A program made the translations under genes and the position numbers. Below the pieces are notes generated by a model. It was not told where the DNA came from and did not search any database. It was given only the letters and a program-made list of their open reading frames with translations. From Promethearchaeota archaeon (lineage in GTDB: Archaea; Asgardarchaeota; Lokiarchaeia; Sigyniarchaeales; SOKP01): a stretch of DNA of 10,242 bases. Below are positions 6,118-10,242 of this stretch, in pieces (positions within the stretch are counted from its first letter, which is position 1; the number at the start of each line of letters is the position of its first letter). The stretch lies in NCBI GenBank assembly GCA_019058015.1, contig JAHLWH010000206.1, positions 1 through 10,242 on the forward strand, read 5' to 3'.

Positions 6118-7485
6118 GTGAACATGAATAATTTAGTTAAAATTTTGGACATTTATGGACAAGATTATTACGTGTGTTCTAAGTGTCTTGGAAGGCTTTT
6201 CGCTGTTTTGGGTTCCGGACTTACAAATAAGACGAGAGGTGAGTCATTATTATTAGCCTTAACCTTAGAACTCCACAGAAAGATATTCTCAAAAGAACAA
6301 GATATTTCAAATGAAGGTTTAGAGGGAATAAAAATCCTTGCGAAAAAAGCTAATTACATAATTGCTCAAAATATCTTACGGAACAAAGATATTAAATTCC
6401 AACAATTTGATGATTCAAAAAAATGTTATTTATGTCAGGGTGTTTTTGATAATTTAAATCAATATGCATCAAAAGCAATGGTAGAATCTCAAGAAATTGA
6501 GTTTGAAAATTTTTTAGTTGGTTGTAGTTGTGATTTTATTATCAACAAAGAAGATAAATTTAAATCGGAATTTAACCTAACATATTCTGAATCCTTTAAA
6601 AATCATTTCAACCGAGAAGTAGGAAAACTTATTGAGAAAGGCATTACGAGACCAGTCGAATTTAAAAATCCTGAAATTTTATTTATTTTTAACCTCTATT
6701 ATGAGAAATTTAATTTATCTCTCCAAATTAACCCTCTTTTTATTTATGGCAGATATAGAAAATTTGAGCGAGGGATACCTCAAACTCATTGGTTCTGCAG
6801 AAATTGTAGGGGTCAAGGTTGTAAAGAGTGTAATGGAACAGGTAAACAATATCCAACGAGTGTAGAAGAGAAGATCTCTGATTTATTTGTAAAATATTCG
6901 AAAGCATCAGATTCAAAATTTCACGGAGCAGGACGAGAGGATATTGACGCTAGAATGTTAGGAAGTGGCAGACCTTTTGTTTTGCAATTAATTCAGCCAA
7001 AAATCAGAAAACTTGACCTTCGAAAATTGGAAAAAAAAGTTAATAAAAAAAATAAAAAGAAAGTTGAGATTTCTAATTTAAAATTTAGCACTCGCAGAAA
7101 AATGATTAATTTAAAGGCCAATGCAGAGTTTTCAAAAAAAATTTATCGAGCTTTTGTAGAGTTTGATGAAGATATTAATCAATCAATTTTTAAAGAGAAA
7201 TTAAATAAGTTAAAAGAGCAATTAGAAAATAAAATAATTTTACAAAAAACACCACAAAGAGTATTGCATAGAAGGGCGGATTTAACTCGTAAAAAAAAAG
7301 TATTTGAAATTAATGGTTCTTTAATTAATTCGAAACATGCTAATTTTACTATAAAAACCATTGGTGGAACATACATAAAAGAGTTAATTAATGGCGATGG
7401 GGGAAGGACAACACCGTCTTTAACTGAAATATTTGGTTTCCAATGTATATGTAAAGAATTAGACGTATTAAATGTAGAATATTAA
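6118..7485 (+). CDS. pus10: tRNA pseudouridine(54/55) synthase Pus10
   Basis: N-terminal CxxCLGR and CxxC, a THUMP-like region, GRYRKFERGIPQTHW, catalytic FHGAGREDIDARMLGSGRPF, QKTPQRVLHRR and GGTYIKELINGDGGRTTPS. The start is GTG 6118 or ATG 6124. Confidence 0.97.
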   Translation: MNMNNLVKILDIYGQDYYVCSKCLGRLFAVLGSGLTNKTRGESLLLALTLELHRKIFSKEQDISNEGLEGIKILAKKANYIIAQNILRNKDIKFQQFDDSKKCYLCQGVFDNLNQYASKAMVESQEIEFENFLVGCSCDFIINKEDKFKSEFNLTYSESFKNHFNREVGKLIEKGITRPVEFKNPEILFIFNLYYEKFNLSLQINPLFIYGRYRKFERGIPQTHWFCRNCRGQGCKECNGTGKQYPTSVEEKISDLFVKYSKASDSKFHGAGREDIDARMLGSGRPFVLQLIQPKIRKLDLRKLEKKVNKKNKKKVEISNLKFSTRRKMINLKANAEFSKKIYRAFVEFDEDINQSIFKEKLNKLKEQLENKIILQKTPQRVLHRRADLTRKKKVFEINGSLINSKHANFTIKTIGGTYIKELINGDGGRTTPSLTEIFGFQCICKELDVLNVEY

Positions 7486-7573
7486 GCAAGAAAAAGCGTA
7501 GATAAAAAATAAAACAATAAATATAACTTTACATTTTAAATTATACTTCATTGCTTCAGTTGAGAACTTAATC

Positions 7574-7807
7574 GTGCAATCCGAAAAAAGTTTGGAACGA
7601 TATACCCCTGATTTTAAGTCTATGATCCAGATCTTTATTTTTAATAGCTTAGGATTCTTTTTTTTAGAATTTATTATTCAATATTTTGCAAGTCAACAAT
7701 TAAATGCAACTGGTACGCAAATGGGTTTAATATTTTCCGTTCATGTTATTGGAAACCTGACGAGTTCTTTTTTTACTGGTATTTTAACTAACCGAATTAA
7801 ATCCTAA
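7574..7807 (+). pseudogene. Truncated MFS transporter (first two transmembrane helices only)
   Basis: Two hydrophobic helices, the loop LNATGTQMGLIFS and a motif-A-like GILTNRIKS followed at once by a stop. A complete MFS protein would be about 400 aa, and I saw no continuation downstream. Confidence 0.7.
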
Positions 7808-8200
7808 CTGAAAGATTTTCCATTCCGAATATTATTTCGGTGGTGGCTTTATCTTCTTTATCGCATTTTAACAACAATGCCAAATCTTCGATATTAAAGG
7901 CGTCCTCTCCCCTTTGGTAGAAGTTGCTCCTATTTGTAAATTTGTTAAATATTGTTTTTTTAACGAGATCATCCGTTCTATTTGATTTCTTTTAACGACC
8001 ATCTTCTATTCACCATTATCCTTATGGAAAAAATTCACAACTGTTATTCTGTGTTAGATATAATTAAATTAAAATGAAAATAAAATGAGAATATTTAAAG
8101 GAAAAAAGTTAAAATTTCTAATCATAAGAATTTGCTAAATACTAAACTAATAGGGAAATAAATTTTTGAAATTTGCAACCTTATTTTCAATTGAAATATA

Positions 8201-8299
8201 TTAATTCACATTAAATTTCTTTCTCATTTTTTTGCGAATGTAAAATAATATAAGTAGAGAAATGCCAATAAGAAATATGAGTGGATATCCGGAAATCAC
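8201..8299 (-). other. Loki-CTERM-like C-terminal sorting/anchor signal
   Basis: VISGY, then a hydrophobic helix (PLIFLIGISLLILFYI), then a basic tail (RKKMRKK). Confidence 0.7.
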
Positions 8300-10242
8300 C
8301 TGCTCCTTAGAATTCACAGTTACAATTACCACATCTTCCAATACCTCATCTCCATTATGCGCTTCAATACGATATTCACAACTTCCAACTGGAAGACCAT
8401 CAATGTTGATGACTACAGGAACGCCAGACTCCCATGAATTTGTGTCGTTCAATGTATTATTTCTATACACATAATAAATGGGATTTAAAAGGGAAACTCC
8501 AGTAATAATCCAGGTTATATTATTTCCAGTACTTCCAACATAATAAGTAATATCAGCAGGATGTGAAATTTCTATTTCACGTATTACAGTTCGATTCCAC
8601 TTGCACTCATAAAACAATATTATATCCAAAGCATTTGGCTGGAATCCAGTTAAATCCTTATGGTGAGCATAATATAATTTTGGAATATATCCAAACGCCC
8701 AAGGCTTGTCTACTTCAACGATTTGTTCTTGAATCTTGTTGTATAACTCTTGTCTTTTAGCCTTATCGGTCTCTACAACCGCTTCTTCCATCAAGAGCTG
8801 AACTTGCGGATTGTTGTATTGTACTCCATTAGATGCAACAGTTCTATTAGTGAACAATGGATTAATATAATTGAACGGATCGTTATAATCGGATGACGCG
8901 CCAAACCAGAAAAGTTGTAGGTGATTTCTGGTAAGACCTTCCATTTCATCTAATCTATCAGTAAAGCCTGACCATGTCATACCAGCATCAATTACTTTGA
9001 TTCCAATTTCTGGAAGATTATCCTGTAATAATGGCAACATAGCTTCCCGCGTTGGATTACCTATATTATATGTATAATTATAAGGCAAAAGTGGAGAAGA
9101 GGTTGCCAAATCTCTCCAATCACTATTTGTTTCTAGATTAGACATATTTAACATCACCGTCTCCGTTGGGAACATTGATCTCATGAGAAGCCTTGCCGAA
9201 TAAAGATCGTAGACGGAAACGTTTAAGGAATCGTTAGCATATAAAATACCACTTGGAATTGGCGATTTCAACCTGACAGCATTACCTTCCCTAACTTCCT
9301 CGATAATATAGCTATAATTGATCGCAGATGAGATTGCATGCCTTATTGTTTTATTAATTCTTACATTATTCATCCCAAGGTATTGAATAACATAACCCTG
9401 ATTTCCGGAATCTAAGACTGTGATATTGGGATTTGCTTCAAAGGTTGGCAACCAAGAAGTTAAAGGATCCCTTAAAAAGTCTATATCACTTGCTAATAAT
9501 GCTGCATTTCTAGCGTTCGAATCAGTTATAACTGAGAATTTCATTGTTTCTATCTCTGCTTTCCCCCGCCAGTAATTTACAAAAACGTAGAAATTTACTT
9601 CAACACCTGAGACATATCCATCATACACAAAAGGACCAGTGCCAACTAAATCTCCAGTAGCAATATCTATGGGCACAGTTGGATTAGTCGATGAAGGAGA
9701 TAAAATGTAGGAAGGACTTATACATAATAATGCATGGAATGGTGCATAGGGAAAGTTTAACACAAATTTTATAGTATATTCATCAATAATTTCTGTTCTA
9801 TTAATAATGAGTTTGAAATTATAATAATATAACTCCTCAATATTACAAAAACCTTGCTCAATAAAATAAGCCAATCTATCGAATGAAAATTTTACGGCTG
9901 TTGCATTGAATTTAGTTCCGTCATGGAATGTCACGTTTTGTCTTAACGTAACCGTATAATCTTTTTTATCTAAAGACCATACACCCTGTGTAGTTGCAAG
10001 ATTCGGTACAATTTCAAGTGAGGGATCTGACAAATTATATCTATATAAACCCTCACAAACCTGATTAATAACATCAAATGAATATAGATCTTCTGAAACG
10101 TGCGGATCAAGATCTTTGGCTTTATACATAACTCCAAGGATAATCGTGCTTCTGGATGGTGCATCACCGGACAGCGATTTTGCATTATATTGATGGGAAT
10201 AAGTGACATCGTTAAAACTCATAGAAAGCGACAATATAATAA
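8201..10242 (-). CDS. ABC transporter substrate-binding protein, family 5 (OppA/DppA-like), with C-terminal Ig-like domain and membrane anchor; 5' end lies beyond the window
   Basis: Motifs DLDPH, VCEGLY, PNLA, YTVTLRQNVTFHDGTKFNATAVKFSFDR, VGTGPF, IRHAISSAIN and YNNPQV...RQELYNKIQ. The frame stays open from TTG 10234 to the window edge. Confidence 0.93.
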   Translation of the reverse strand, partial: IILSLSMSFNDVTYSHQYNAKSLSGDAPSRSTIILGVMYKAKDLDPHVSEDLYSFDVINQVCEGLYRYNLSDPSLEIVPNLATTQGVWSLDKKDYTVTLRQNVTFHDGTKFNATAVKFSFDRLAYFIEQGFCNIEELYYYNFKLIINRTEIIDEYTIKFVLNFPYAPFHALLCISPSYILSPSSTNPTVPIDIATGDLVGTGPFVYDGYVSGVEVNFYVFVNYWRGKAEIETMKFSVITDSNARNAALLASDIDFLRDPLTSWLPTFEANPNITVLDSGNQGYVIQYLGMNNVRINKTIRHAISSAINYSYIIEEVREGNAVRLKSPIPSGILYANDSLNVSVYDLYSARLLMRSMFPTETVMLNMSNLETNSDWRDLATSSPLLPYNYTYNIGNPTREAMLPLLQDNLPEIGIKVIDAGMTWSGFTDRLDEMEGLTRNHLQLFWFGASSDYNDPFNYINPLFTNRTVASNGVQYNNPQVQLLMEEAVVETDKAKRQELYNKIQEQIVEVDKPWAFGYIPKLYYAHHKDLTGFQPNALDIILFYECKWNRTVIREIEISHPADITYYVGSTGNNITWIITGVSLLNPIYYVYRNNTLNDTNSWESGVPVVINIDGLPVGSCEYRIEAHNGDEVLEDVVIVTVNSKEQVISGYPLIFLIGISLLILFYIRKKMRKKFNVN

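Noticed and set aside
6796-6843. DnaJ-like CxxCxGxG-CxxCxGxG zinc motif inside Pus10
   Set aside because: This insertion is common in archaeal Pus10 proteins, so it is not novel.
6632-7376. ORFs 6632-6865 (+) and 7179-7376 (-)
   Set aside because: Alternative-frame and antisense ORFs inside pus10.
8262-10209. ORFs 8262-8474, 8563-8760 and 9970-10209
   Set aside because: Shadow or alternative-frame ORFs within the substrate-binding protein gene.

Overview
AT-rich archaeal DNA, most likely Asgard (Lokiarchaeia-like), judged from the archaeal pus10 and a Loki-CTERM-type C-terminus on the last gene. From left to right: (1) The 3' end of an unknown gene is interrupted by a non-autonomous IS200/IS605 element (120-1585). 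The element has IS608-type ends (TTAC/AAAG left, GAAT/TCAA right), an internally deleted tnpA remnant, a tnpB with intact catalytic residues and its omegaRNA. (2) A very AT-rich toxin-antitoxin island lies on the minus strand. It has an AbiEi/AbiEii type IV pair with a 20-bp inverted-repeat operator, followed by an unusual three-gene unit (294-aa unknown, 258-aa protein with a VapB-like tail, VapC/PIN). That unit is bracketed by a 136-bp near-perfect direct repeat that duplicates the 3' end of abiEii. (3) pus10, a truncated MFS transporter and a 5'-incomplete family 5 ABC substrate-binding protein with an Ig-like domain and membrane anchor complete the window. The best novelty candidate is the repeat-bounded tripartite PIN cassette docked at the end of abiEii. 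All family calls come from motif recognition by eye; no searches were run.
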